A stretch of 63,991 nucleotides of DNA, filler included, from Asterionella formosa (GCA_002256025.1; 18 parts of 18 records of this genome joined end to end with filler, not necessarily neighbours in it), one strand, 5' to 3'; numbered from the whole stretch's first letter, positions 36,193 to 49,726 are shown. Made by a program: numbers and translations. Notes: generated by a model not told the origin, from the letters alone.

Positions 36193-38086
36193 CCAAGGTA
36201 CCATTACGCTTGGGAGGGATAGCGTCAGGCCTTACAGTAGAAGGGATAGGTACAGTGCATTGGACATTTCTATCTGATGATGGACGACTCCTTCACTTGC
36301 ATCTGAAAGCGTACTATGTGCCGCTATGCCCACAGCGCCTACTATCTCCCCAACGGATATTCTCTAAGGAACAAGGTATTTCTGGGTGTTTTGTTGTACT
36401 GGATGACCACGCACAGCTACAAATAGCTGGTAAACCAGTACTGAGTATTGATTATGACCCGATTAATGACCTGCCAACAAGTAGAGCCATCCGTTCTTCT
36501 ACTGCGACACTACGTGAGGAATCCCTATATCTTTGCGTCACTGAGGATCGTAACCAGAACCTAACGGAAGCTCAGAAGGAGTATCTGCGCTGGCATTATA
36601 AATTGGGACATTTGGGCCCTGCTACTATACAGTGGTTGCTACGACAACCATCATTTGGTAATAATCTAAAAATTAGAGCAGCTGCCCGTTGTACTGCACC
36701 CAAGTGTGCAGCATGTGAGTATGGGAAGGCCCATAGGAAACCTTTAAAAGCCACAATTGGCACTCCATCGCCTGAGAGGGAGGGAAAGGTGAAGCTAGGA
36801 GACATTTATCCAGGCTCAGGAGTATCTGTAGACCATTTCGAATCACGAGTGCTTGGAAGACAATATTCTTCGCGAGGAAAGTCACATGACTCCTGTATGT
36901 ATAAAGGGGGCTGTATCTTTGTGGACCATGCATCCGGCCTTCTTTATGTCCACCACCAGGTGGGATTCTCAGCAACCGAAACACTCACGGGTAAGCAGCA
37001 ATTCGAAAATTGGGCTTACAACCACGGGGTTCTCATAGGCCGATATATGACCGACAATGGTACTTTTGGCGCTAAGGAGTTTGTTGATGCTATCATTGCT
37101 CGTGGACAACAGGTTAAATACTGTGGAGTAGGTGCACATCACCAAAATGGGGCTGCTGAGAGGAGCATACGAACTGTATCTAATATGGCAAGAGTCATGA
37201 TGCTACATGCATCAATTAGATGGCCTGAAACTGCTGATGCAACGCTATGGCCCATGGCAGTTGATTATGCTGTACATGTCTATAACCACGTGCCAGGAGC
37301 ACGGACAGGACAATCGCCAATTGATATATTTACTGGGTCTCTAGTACCTAGACATGGACTTAAGGACTTACATGTATGGGGCTGCCCATGCTATGTGCTA
37401 GATCCTAAAATGCAAAATGGCATTAAGCTACCTAGATGGGAACCAAGGTCTAGGAGAGCACTGTTTGTAGGAATGTCTCCTAATCACAGCAGCAATGTGC
37501 CATTAGTACTAAACCTAAAGACAGGAAATATATCACCACAATTTCATGTGGTATTTGATGATTTCTTTTCTACAGTTATGTCCATGCCAGAGGGAGATAA
37601 CCCACCAGCAGACTGGGAAACAATTTTCAATGAGTCACGCTTCCAAGCGTACTTCGATGAGCATGATCTACCTTCCTTACAGGAAGAATGGTTAGGACGA
37701 GGAAGCCTACCTAGACAAGAAATTACGTATGGAGGCTAAGATGCTACCCACTATGGGTCTACACAAGGATGAAATGCCTTATGCACCTCAGAGGGAGTCA
37801 CCAGGAGTAAAGGTGATTATGACACCAGTAAGGGAGACACAATTGTCCACTACCACCCGAAGTATTGCAGAGTGTACCAGCACGGATGGATGCGGTGGAT
37901 ACAAGTAAGTGGCTGCATAGGCTACCTCCCACTAGGAATATGGTACAAGATGCTGTAGGAATGATTCCACAAGAAACAGCAGCAGTGGAACAAGAACAAA
38001 TTGAGCAACCTCAACAACAAGAAATGTCACTTCCACAGCGACGTAGTACCAGAACTAACAGAGCACCGCAACGGTTCATTCCTGGT
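36193..38086 (+). mobile_element. Ty1/copia protease-integrase fragment, paralogue of 27186-28420
   Basis: RLLSPQ, WHYKLGH..CAACEYGK, VSVDHFES, GCIFVDHASG, HQNGAAER, ISPQFHVVFDD. Frameshift near 37695. Confidence 0.92.
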
Positions 38087-38186
38087 NNNNNNNNNNNNNN
38101 NNNNNNNNNNNNNNNNNNNNNNNNNNNNNNTTAATTAATTAANNNNNNNNNNNNNNNNNNNNNNNNNNNNNNNNNNNNNNNNNNNN

Positions 38187-39083
38187 ATGACTACACGACT
38201 ATATTTGGAAAGGAACCAAAGAAAGCCTCAACGCCGGGATTCCCGGGAACGGTCCTAAGTAAGAACCGAGGAGAGACGATCAAGAATAAGGAATATCGCT
38301 CCCTCGTTGGAAAGATACTTTACTTCGTGAAGAAAATATCGCCAGTATGCGCCAACGCATGTCGTGAATTGTCACAGCACCTCGACAACCCAGGCGAAAC
38401 ACACTGGCAAGCATTGGAACGCCTACTCGGGTATTTGTGTCTACATGGGGACATTGCATGCAGAATGAAACTACGTGCGCCCAACGAGCTACGTATACAA
38501 GATGTCGTGGACAGCGCCTTCGCCTCTAATCCTGATACACGAAAAAGTGTCAGCGGTTATTTAGGCACGATCGGAGGGTGCGCCCTAATTCACTGGATAT
38601 CAAAAGGACAGGATATCGTAACGCAATCAAGCACCGAGTGTGAATATGTCGCACTCAGTAACGGCTCAAAGGAAACTGTCTTCGCAACGAATCTACTGGG
38701 CGAAATAACCACTATCGTGATGCCTAGTCTAATGGGTGAGGACAATACCGGTGCGATTTATTTAACGCAAAATCATCAGGTCGGGGCACGTACAAAACAC
38801 ATCGACGTTAGATACCACTATGTACGAGAACAAGTCGAAAACGGAACGATTAAGGTTGACTACGTCAATACGGAAAAGAATCCAGCAGATGTTCTAACTA
38901 AAAATGTCACGGACAAGATTATGAACATGCACGGATATGCGATCCAAAACGGGATGATGGATTGTTGGAACAAGGAGAGTGTTAAAGTGAGCTCATCTAC
39001 GTAGTTAGGACTCGGAGTCAAACGAGTCAAACAATTCGAATGAGTCCACTTTGATGTACCAAGCTCTCATCAACCACACATTA
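38187..39083 (+). mobile_element. Ty1/copia RT-end/RNase H, PPT and first ~104 bp of the 3' LTR (38980-39083), interrupted by a family A element
   Basis: YRSLVGK, VDSAFA..DTRKSVSG, SSTECEY, EDNTGAI, RTKHIDVRYHYVRE, NPADVLTK. AAGGAGAG precedes TGTTAAAG. Confidence 0.88.
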
Positions 39084-40080
39084 TGTTAAATTCTTCTGCA
39101 GTCTGACTGCAATGCTAGCTCTTTCTAGACAAGCTCAGTGTATTAAAACCTTCTGTTCTAATCCCACCTTATTGTGAGCTTATTTGATCTATCTTGTAAT
39201 CATTCACATGACCAATTATTAAGGTTCTCTTCCCAAATTTGTATATAGATATTCATTGTGTTGTTAGACATTCAATTCTCAACTGACAACTCAACTCCAC
39301 TCACTTAGTAGAACAATCGTGAATATTCAATGCTATCTGCATTGCGTATATACCTTTCCTTCATTGAAATATTGATTACTTAGAACATTCTCCATTCGAA
39401 TATTTACCTTGGTTTGCTGATATAGTTCTTGGCAATCAATGCTGTTCAAATTCTCACAGCATTTCAATACGGGATTTTGGCTGGAATATTATTCAAGATT
39501 GATTAGTTCGACTGAACTAATATGCACGCAGTACTAAATCTTGACATCCTCCCTGTTCCAGTTCCAACAATCCATTGTCCCATTGCAAATATCATATGCA
39601 TGCGATTCATGTACCTTCTGAGTTACATTCTTTGACAGCAGGTCACTAGGGTTTTCACATGTTTGAACATAGACCACAACAACATATCCATCTTCAGTCT
39701 TCTCACGTATAAAATGATATCTGACATCAATATGCTTTGTCCTTGATCCAACTTGTTGGTTTTTGCTTTGGAAAATCGCTCCAGTGTTATCCTCAGCAAT
39801 TATTGCTGGCAGTTCCACATAGTAGACCTCATCCAATAGATTTGTAACAAATGTAGTATCCTTGACACCGTCGCTTAGGCTGACATACTCAGCTTCTGTG
39901 CTTGATGTTGTTACAATGTTCTGTCCTTTGGATGACCAAGTCACCAAGGAGCGTGCTCCAATAGTTCCGAGATATGCACTTGTACTTTTGCGAGTATCAG
40001 GGTTAATTGCAAATGCACTGTCAACAACATCCATTGGGCGCATTTCTTTAGGGGTTCGCATCTTCATATGCCGATGTTTC
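39084..40080 (-). mobile_element. Ty1/copia family A RNase H plus 3' LTR (39084-39546), near-identical to 1-710
   Basis: ORF 39534-40067 (VDSAFA..DTRKS, SSTEAEY, RTKHIDVRYHF). Only a few substitutions relative to 1-710. Confidence 0.93.
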
Positions 40081-40180
40081 NNNNNNNNNNNNNNNNNNNN
40101 NNNNNNNNNNNNNNNNNNNNNNNNTTAATTAATTAANNNNNNNNNNNNNNNNNNNNNNNNNNNNNNNNNNNNNNNNNNNN

Positions 40181-42074
40181 TTTTTTTTTGGCTGTTCCAA
40201 GGCGCCAGGAGAAAACCTATCCGGCCGCTTTGCCCGCCTGCCCCATCGTTGTGGGGTGCTTGGGGGGCATCATGGGAGGATTCGAACTCCTCCCACCAGT
40301 TCATGTGTTCAGGAATGTTTTTGAGGCACCCCGTCATCCAATCATGTCCCAGTGTCCGGTGAGGCACCCCGCCCCTCTCACCTGGGCGAGGTAGTGTGAG
40401 ACTTTCACTCACTAAAAACCTGTGTGCAGCCCCAGTCTTGACCAGTACGCGGTCTGCCCTACCCGTCGGGGCGTTGGCCCGTGGAGGTGTATGGGACCCC
40501 GTCAAATGCCTCACTTGCGTAAGACCCCCAACGGGACCTGATTATGTTAGCACGAAGGCTAACAACGCTCATCAGGAACCTGGCAAGGGTGGTGGCCCCT
40601 GCCGGGTTCCGTTCCATCTGGCTACCGTCCCCATCGGATGATGAGCTGTCAACCGAAGAGTCACAGTTTTGCTGTGCTGTGACTCCGGTTGGTTCACCCA
40701 TCATCCATCCATGTACCCAGCGGTTATCACAACTCCCTCCGAGGAGCCATGCCAACCGTTGTTGGTCAAAACCGAGGGCGAAATTCGGCCCTAACGTCCG
40801 AACTTTCGCAATCAATTCTGCCATTTGTGGCTCGGTGCGTAGAACACGCCACCGACCACACGTGAACACTAAGTGTTCCAGCGTTTCTGGTTCATCCATA
40901 CCACAAAATGGACACTTCCTCAAATACCTATGAGGCATTCGCTTCCACCCCACCAAGGTGGGGACAGTTACAAATGCCCCAATCCGACACCGAACTATCA
41001 AAGCCAGTCCTGCTTGGTCTTTGGGACTGCCCCCCACACGTGACCGTGTGAGTGGATGCTTGTCAAATCCGGCTCCCTCATACCACACTGTGCGGGCCCC
41101 CGACGGACGAGTCAAGTTCCGTCGGATCCCACACTCTCTCTCCAAGATGCATGCTTTCACTACCTCAGCCAGTACCTTTGGTTCCAGGCTCTGCCATCCA
41201 GCACCCAAGTACCTCTCCACAATAGACACCGGTGCATGGGGGAGCGCATAGCGTTTCAGCCAGCGCGGAACCCCTGAGCACCATGTCCATTTCTGACTTC
41301 GGAATGGTCTTAGGACCAATTCCTGAAGCCAGGTTTTGAGACCCGAGGCCTTGGCATAAGCTCTGGCCCGTCGGGCACCCGCCAAGGCACACATTGGCAA
41401 CATCCGTGCCTCCTTCCAAAGGCCTACTGATGGCACATCCCCTGCCCTCCTGGCTCCAATGCTAGCCCTAAGGCATCGGTTCAGAAGAACCTGCATTTTG
41501 TCCGTAAGGTGACGGTTCATACCATACAGCTCAGCCCCAAAAAGGAGGCGGGGGGCAACTACTCCTGCAACAGTCAGCAAACGCATGGCCATTGGTACCA
41601 CCGGGCACCGTAGAAACGGTACCAAGGTGGCAACTGTGGCCCGCCCTTGCTTGACTCTATGGTCCACCATAGACGAGATAGACAGACCTGGTGTCATGAG
41701 GACACCCAGATACATATATCTGTCCACAACAGGGAGTGGAAGTCCCTCCAGTTCCAGTCCAGCCACATCTTGTCCAGGGACAAGCGGTTCGGTGGCCGAA
41801 CCTGGGTCTGGCGGTAGGAATTCCATCAGCCCGCACTTCCCTATGCCCACACTCATCTCGTTAGCTGTAACCCAGTTGGTAACGTGCGTACAGAACCGTT
41901 TGGCCGCCTCCAGGGAGGGGCAGATTCCGGCCGCATCATCAGCAAAGAGGGTACATCCCACTGTCAGTGTGGGTGTGGAGTTCCGCCATGTGCGACTGTC
42001 CCCAGTTGGTACCAGGGCACCGCTCTCCTCCGTCCCCACTGCCAAGTCATCAATGAAGATGTTGAACAGTATAG
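40181..42074 (-). mobile_element. Non-LTR retrotransposon 3' part (RT C-terminal half, CCHC zinc motif, 3' UTR, poly(A)); copy 1
   Basis: LFNIFIDDL..LFADD..KCGLM..YMYLGV and CPFCGMDEPETLEHLVFTC; stop at 40459; T-run at the contig start is the poly(A) tail. Confidence 0.9.
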
Positions 42075-42174
42075 NNNNNNNNNNNNNNNNNNNNNNNNNN
42101 NNNNNNNNNNNNNNNNNNTTAATTAATTAANNNNNNNNNNNNNNNNNNNNNNNNNNNNNNNNNNNNNNNNNNNN

Positions 42175-44066
42175 CTATACTGTTCAACATCTTCATTGAT
42201 GACTTGGCAGTGGGGACGGAGGAGAGCGGTGCCCTGGTACCAACTGGGGACAGTCGCACATGGCGGAACTCCACACCCACACTGACAGTGGGATGTACCC
42301 TCTTTGCTGATGATGCGGCCGGAATCTGCCCCTCCCTGGAGGCGGCCAAACGGTTCTGTACGCACGTTACCAACTGGGTTACAGCTAACGAGATGAGTGT
42401 GGGCATAGGGAAGTGCGGGCTGATGGAATTCCTACCGCCAGACCCAGGTTCGGCCACCGAACCGCTTGTCCCTGGACAAGATGTGGCTGGACTGGAACTG
42501 GAGGGACTTCCACTCCCTGTTGTGGACAGATATATGTATCTGGGTGTCCTCATGACACCAGGTCTGTCTATCTCGTCTATGGTGGACCATAGAGTCAAGC
42601 AAGGGCGGGCCACAGTTGCCACCTTGGTACCGTTTCTACGGTGCCCGGTGGTACCAATGGCCATGCGTTTGCTGACTGTTGCAGGAGTAGTTGCCCCCCG
42701 CCTCCTTTTTGGGGCTGAGCTGTATGGTATGAACCGTCACCTTACGGACAAAATGCAGGTTCTTCTGAACCGATGCCTTAGGGCTAGCATTGGAGCCAGG
42801 AGGGCAGGGGATGTGCCATCAGTAGGCCTTTGGAAGGAGGCACGGATGTTGCCAATGTGTGCCTTGGCGGGTGCCCGACGGGCCAGAGCTTATGCCAAGG
42901 CCTCGGGTCTCAAAACCTGGCTTCAGGAATTGGTCCTAAGACCATTCCGAAGTCAGAAATGGACATGGTGCTCAGGGGTTCCGCGCTGGCTGAAACGCTA
43001 TGCGCTCCCCCATGCACCGGTGCCTATTGTGGAGAGGTACTTGGGTGCTGGATGGCAGAGCCTGGAACCAAAGGTACTGGCTGAGGTAGTGAAAGCATGC
43101 ATCTTGGAGAGAGAGTGTGGGATCCGACGGAACTTGACTCGTCCGTCGGGGGCCCGCACAGTGTGGTATGAGGGAGCCGGATTTGACAAGCATCCACTCA
43201 CACGGTCACGTGTGGGGGGCAGTCCCAAAGACCAAGCAGGACTGGCTTTGATAGTTCGGTGTCGGATTGGGGCATTTGTAACTGTCCCCACCTTGGTGGG
43301 GTGGAAGCGAATGCCTCATAGGTATTTGAGGAAGTGTCCATTTTGTGGTATGGATGAACCAGAAACGCTGGAACACTTAGTGTTCACGTGTGGTCGGTGG
43401 CGTGTTCTACGCACCGAGCCACACATGGCAGAATTGATTGCGAAAGTTCGGACGTTAGGGCCGAATTTCGCCCTCGGTTTTGACCAACAACGGTTGGCAT
43501 GGCTCCTCGGAGGGAGTTGTGATAACCGCTGGGTACATGGATGGATGATGGGTGAACCAACCGGAGTCACAGCACAGCAAAACTGTGACTCTTCGGTTGA
43601 CAGCTCATCATCCGATGGGGACGGTAGCCAGATGGAACGGAACCCGGCAGGGGCCACCACCCTTGCCAGGTTCCTGATGAGCGTTGTTAGCCTTCGTGCT
43701 AACATAATCAGGTCCCGTTGGGGGTCTTACGCAAGTGAGGCATTTGACGGGGTCCCATACACCTCCACGGGCCAACGCCCCGACGGGTAGGGCAGACCGC
43801 GTACTGGTCAAGACTGGGGCTGCACACAGGTTTTTAGTGAGTGAAAGTCTCACACTACCTCGCCCAGGTGAGAGGGGCGGGGTGCCTCACCGGACACTGG
43901 GACATGATTGGATGACGGGGTGCCTCAAAAACATTCCTGAACACATGAACTGGTGGGAGGAGTTCGAATCCTCCCATGATGCCCCCCAAGCACCCCACAA
44001 CGATGGGGCAGGCGGGCAAAGCGGCCGGATAGGTTTTCTCCTGGCGCCTTAACAGCCAAAAAAAAA
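42175..44066 (+). mobile_element. Non-LTR retrotransposon 3' part; copy 2 (ORF open from contig start, stop at 43790)
   Basis: Same sequence as 40181-42074 apart from a few differences (S/P, Q/H, 2-nt indel before the tail). Ends AACAGCC-A9. Confidence 0.9.
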
Positions 44067-46419
44067 NNNNNNNNNNNNNNNNNNNNNNNNNNNNNNNNNN
44101 NNNNNNNNNNTTAATTAATTAANNNNNNNNNNNNNNNNNNNNNNNNNNNNNNNNNNNNNNNNNNNNTGGACAGTGGACAGTGGATGGACACAACACACAT
44201 AATATCGAGAACTCCCATGGAAGCTGCGGAGCTGATGTGACCGCACGCTCGCGTATTCGACTATAATACCGGTAGCAATAGAGCAGCCTCTGTCAAGGCG
44301 ACAGGACAAGGAGGAGGAGGAGGAGGAGGAGGAGGAGGAGGAGTTAGCGCAGCAATTTGAGTGAATGGAAGAATTTGCATTCATGGAAGGATTCAAACGA
44401 GAAATTCAGACTTGTCCTTGTATCGTGCATCGTGCATCGAGCATCGAGCATCTTTTGCTGGTTCAATTTGTCACACCCCGCCGCCATGAAAAGCGCCCTG
44501 TGGATTTTATGCGCAATTTCAAGTGCGAATGTTGTGCAAAAAAGAGGTGCGTAAGAGCGAATTCAGGGGAATTCGTCCCTTGACGACCAACAACTTACTC
44601 CGAGTACATCATTGTCTGCTGCTGCTGCTGCTGCTGCTGCTGGGTTGGCTGACTGGGGAAGGACGGTTTTACCTACGCATCCGGTATTCCGGTACCAGGT
44701 ACCGGTAGTTTAAGATTCCGGGCGGTACCTGGTACCTGGTACCTAGAGGTCGCAAAGTTTCTCTTCACCATGATCTCCTTGGCTGGTGATTACTTACTGG
44801 TTTGTTGTCTACCAGTAGGTGGAGGTTCAGTTCAGTGTGTGCGTGCGTACGTGGTATTAAACTATATAGAATGATTGGATAAGAAAATCAATGTACACCC
44901 ACGTAAAAACTTGTACCAGGTTGTGGTTCTGGTTCTGGTAGTCTACCGGTACTGGTACCAATACCAGTACCAGTACCAGTACCAGTATACCGGGTATACC
45001 GCTTGCAAGTACACTGCACTGCTTGCCATCACACTGCAAAACCATCATTTCCATCTGTTGTCTGTAAAGGAATGCATTGCTGGTGAAAAAAGCGAAAGCT
45101 TGCTCTGCAATATTGGTAAGGAAATGAAGGGCATCACTGATATCTTATCATCCACTTTTGACTTGGATGCATACCTAGCTAGTTTATGCATAGAATTTCC
45201 CAATGCGGTGCATGCCCATCAGGTCCTTCATAAGAATGGTAGCGCGGCGCGCAGCGGCCAAATTTTCTAGACAGAGCTTTCTTTCAAAGGGAAAGCGGAT
45301 GGATTGCATCGCACTGGTCCAACAATGCATAATTTAACTAATTTCACTTTATTGACTTTCCAGAGCTTGAAAGCAGCTGATTCCGAAGCTTGCTTCTTTA
45401 GCGGGAACTTCGACACCACCAGTGGGGAAAATCAAGAAGGAGGACATTCCTATCATCAAGACGGCACCCCATTCCTTGGTACAAGCGCTTTGTTATAAAT
45501 TCCATACTGGTCCAATGCGCGCGCCTCTGGATAATGATCCATCTGTAGGGCGGTGTGGTACAGTGATATGGTGGTATTTTTCTTCGTTTCTTGTACAGAA
45601 GGCAGCTGCACCTAGCGAAGGGGAGGTTGAGACTTGGGAGGAGGCATTCGATTCTTGTTCCTTTCGAGTGTCGTTACAACTGGTCCGCTAAAGTTGATCG
45701 TCAAGATAGGTCATGAGTGAGTTACGCTAGAACAAATAACGGATTCGATAAGCAATCACAAAAGAGACTTTGACTTTGCCACTTGCCACTCCGCTACGCT
45801 CGCTTGCTTGCTTCCTTTCCATTGACCGGAAGAAGCAATACAACCACTCTCCATAGTGGACACGAACAAAGCTCAATAGCACAAGCGCGGCACTCACATC
45901 AGCCACCCGTTCTGCTCTGTTCTGTTCTGTTCTGTTCTGTTCTGTTCCATTCGCGTTGACTTGAATCTCAGTTACCACCGGTCACCCATTGCGCCGTGCA
46001 TCGCTCGCTTTCATTTCTCGTCATGCTCACACTGGAGAATACCGGCTCAGCAGCCAGCCNNNNNNNNNNNNNNNNNNNNNNNNNNNNNNNNNNNNNNNNN
46101 NNNTTAATTAATTAANNNNNNNNNNNNNNNNNNNNNNNNNNNNNNNNNNNNNNNNNNNNTTACTATCTGATTTGCAAGTTGAACAACAAAGATGCCATAG
46201 TCAAATACAACAAAGCGGTTTTTGGGATGGCAACTCAACTTTTTTTACTTCCCTCATCATTGTCTATCATGACACCAGCAAGTACAGATACTATGGTGGA
46301 CGACATGGAAGGCAAGTGTGCTGCTCCTAATACTATGATGTCGAAATGAATGGAAATAAAAATATGGCTAATAGTATGGTTACTATAAGTACAGTTGTAA
46401 CTACTGAAGCTACTAGTTC

Positions 46420-46690
46420 TGCTATTAGGGTCGGATGGCCAAGGGGAGCAACCAAATTAGCATCAATGTCGCTAGCCACAAAAAATCAAGCGGACAAGAG
46501 TGAAAAACCAGAGTAAACAGGAAGGTAAAACAAGACTAAAGAAAAGCGCACTCACTTGTATAGTTTTGGGTCAAAAGGAAGCGCTTGCTGGTATTCCTCC
46601 TGAGACGAAATTAAATTTAGAAACAATTAAAAGCAGATCAAAGCGCAACATGCATATCGCAGGAGGAGAACTTAACAGAATGACTGCAAA
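46420..46690 (+). pseudogene. Degenerate N-terminal fragment of the transposase-like family seen at 26101-27050
   Basis: VGWPRGATK...RLKKSALTCIV..K...GIP..LNLETIKSRSKRN resembles GGRPKGAT..KGTISLII..K..GIP. Confidence 0.4.
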
Positions 46691-48599
46691 ACATTTTATT
46701 ATTGAAAGCTTACCTCGTATATGTGGTTAAGCTAGATATATGGCTGTGCGAAATAGGAATAATTCATTTTCAATTTTCTTGGAGATATTGAGTCCGATGA
46801 GTTCATCATGGCCAAGAAAGGGATGATGAATCATCTACCCTCTACTAGTACAGCAGCGCAAAATCAAATTTACTTATGTATACCACCAAGAACCCGGTAT
46901 ACACATGGAGAACTTGCTTGTCATCTGCAGATAGGGGGATTCAGATGCCAGGGCAGGTATATCACGTTTTGGTCTTCAGACTTGAGATTCTTATGCTTTT
47001 CCCTAAATGCTCTCCCAAAAATCCAAACCATATAATATACTGGTACATATGGTGGTTGTTTGTCCTACATCTGTCGCTACCAGTAACTGGTACCAGTATG
47101 CCATCATTGTCACAAACAGGCGACACATTGCCTGTTTCAGGAAAATGACCGCAACTTGCAGTACTCCTTGTCAGGGACCAGTTCCACTGGTATAATCTTC
47201 TAGTAACTAATGTGTATAGTATATCAATGGCAAATAAAGGGAACGGCTAAGTGGTTTAGCACATTGCCTTTGATCTGAGGTTGCGAAGCTTGATTCCCAA
47301 ATCGTTTTGAGAAGCAATTGTTGGAATTCAACTCCCACACTCCTTACTGTCCCGCACGGTCTTGCCTGATGCGCAAGAAATAGTGGGTTGCCACTGTGGC
47401 TAATACAATAACCTTTCGCGAAAGGTGGTTGGGGACTCACCTACCTTGAGTCCAGTCCAGTATACTACACGTGCACTTGTTGCCTGTGTGGAAGAACAAT
47501 TCATAATTTCAGATCAAACAGTCTTGCTTTGCTAAGTTACAAGAATTTCTGACACCATGATCATTGACAATACACGCCAACGCATACCCCAATCATATTT
47601 ATCTCTGGGATATATGAAGGATTTGAGAGTGTATTCCTTTACCATACCAAAAAGATGGCAAAAGGTCAGTTAGCTATATTTTGGAGGAGAACTCATTGAG
47701 CATTGTTGTGTCATCCAATCATCACAGTATTATTGTCAATCAGGTGTCCACAGATATTGAGTAACAACAAGATCCTCAAGGTAGCAATGACCACTCGAAC
47801 AGATTATGTAGTTGTTGCAGCGGAGACGGATTCAAACCTTGATGCTCTGTTATGTACCATTTGTGAAGCGCTGGTGACCCTTGGAATCTCAGACTGTGAC
47901 AACAATGCAAACTTGCTGGCAATCTTAAAATGCCTTGGAAGAGGTTCAATGTTGTCTCAGTCCCACCTATAAGCACTGCCATTAACACATATTGCTCATG
48001 CAACGCCTCAACCACTGTAGTGTCATTGCATGAAGAGGAGCATTGAAGCATCNNNNNNNNNNNNNNNNNNNNNNNNNNNNNNNNNNNNNNNNNNNNTTAA
48101 TTAATTAANNNNNNNNNNNNNNNNNNNNNNNNNNNNNNNNNNNNNNNNNNNNACAATAATTGCGGTTGTCGATACAGAAATTATATGATCGGCCATAAAA
48201 AAATATTGTTAGTTTGCCCCAAAATTTATGTGGGTTTATAAAAAATTTAGGAAGTTGTCGAAAATATCTTAGTTCACTCCTATCATATATATTCTATGAT
48301 GCATCACATTTTATATTTTATATCATACCCTTAAATTATGTATATAGCCCAATTTGTCATAGTGGGCCACCCAAAATTTTAATTTGGGTGATCATATTTG
48401 ACTAGCGTTTTTTTTGTGGTGGCTGTACCAATAATCGGCGTTGTAGATGTGGGAACGATTGGGCAATATGAGCTCAGCCGTTTTGGATGGTGCCTAGTAT
48501 GTGGCACACATGATCAACAACCTACCGGAGAGCTACAAGAGTTTGGTAGTAGGAAGGTTCAGTCTGGCGTGCAACACGCTAATGGTCGACGAGATTAAG

Positions 48600-49700
48600 A
48601 CAGACATCCGGGACTACTACAATCGATATGTCCGGGATGACGTCAAAAAGAATAACAAGAAGAAGAGCGAGTGAACAGGCCTTCTACACGAAAGGGAAGT
48701 GCAAAGGTGACTGTTGTAAGTGTGGCAAGTATGGCCACAATGCAGCTGACTGTTGCAGCAAGGGCAATAGTGCCAACAAGAAGGAGCTCACTCCTGAGCA
48801 GAAAGTAAAGAGGAAAACAATCAAGTGTTTCAAGTGCCAATGCATGGGACACTACGCAAGTGAGTGCACTAGGCTAGTAACAGTGCATCTAAAAATAATA
48901 AAAGCGAAGAGAACAGCAAGGAATGGTCGTTGCCACGTGCGTCGAAATAGTTACAACAAGGAAGTCAACCTTGCTTGTGGCATCAGAAATCGCTGGTTGT
49001 TAGACAGCGGTGCTACCGTTCACATCTGCACGGACGTGCGCATAATGGAAGACAAGAAACAAGTAAGTGAAACGGTCGTGGTAGGGAATGGAACTGAGAT
49101 AGTATCAACTGTCTCTGGTACCATGACCCTGACAACTACGGACGAAGGAAAACGCTTGAAACTCACCGATGTACTTTATGCACCGGAGTTCAAGCGGAAC
49201 ATCATCAGTGTCTCTAGAATGATTGACAAGGGTAATCAAGTGATCTTCGAGGACGATACTAGCATGACGATATGAAACAAGAGTGGCTTTCTGACCTGCA
49301 AAAGAGACAAACTCGAAAACTCGGAGCAATGTATCATGTTGAAGGCAGGTAATCCGATTATCAAGCAAATGTTGATGGAAGTCGAGCAACTACAAGAGAA
49401 CACTACACAACAATCGATCGATGAATACAATGAAAATGATTGGACAAAAGTTTAAGCAAAGAAAACGAACAAGGGAAAGAACAAATGGAATCATCAAAAT
49501 GGTGAGTATGAAAATAATTATGTGATTGTCGATATTAATGAAGCGCATGTGATGCTTGGGCATGTGGGCGAGAAATGTTTGCACGATATGGCGAAATTTT
49601 TTGGATGGAAGTTGAGTGGCATCATGTCAGTGTGCGCAGGCTGTGCGGCAGCGAAAGCTAAAGCACGAGCCACCCCAAAAACAACACAAGAAAAATCGAC
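48600..49700 (+). mobile_element. Degenerate Ty1/copia gag-protease-pre-integrase fragment
   Basis: Two zinc knuckles (CCKCGKYGHNAADC, CFKCQCMGHYASEC), WLLDSGATVHIC, DVLYAPEFKRNIISVS, AHVMLGH..CAGCAAAK. Contains stops and frameshifts and breaks off at ~49700. Confidence 0.9.
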
Positions 49701-49726
49701 TGTAAAAGTATTTTGTGCAATGATAT

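Noticed and set aside
40181..44066. Apparent 3.9-kb head-to-head inverted repeat of an RT element
   Set aside because: The arms are separate contigs of nearly equal length with identical endpoints, separated by the artificial linker. Adjacency and orientation come from length-sorted concatenation.
44875..45270. 131-aa ORF with YQYQYQ tract
   Set aside because: Produced by the (TACCAG)n micro-repeat; no protein family features.
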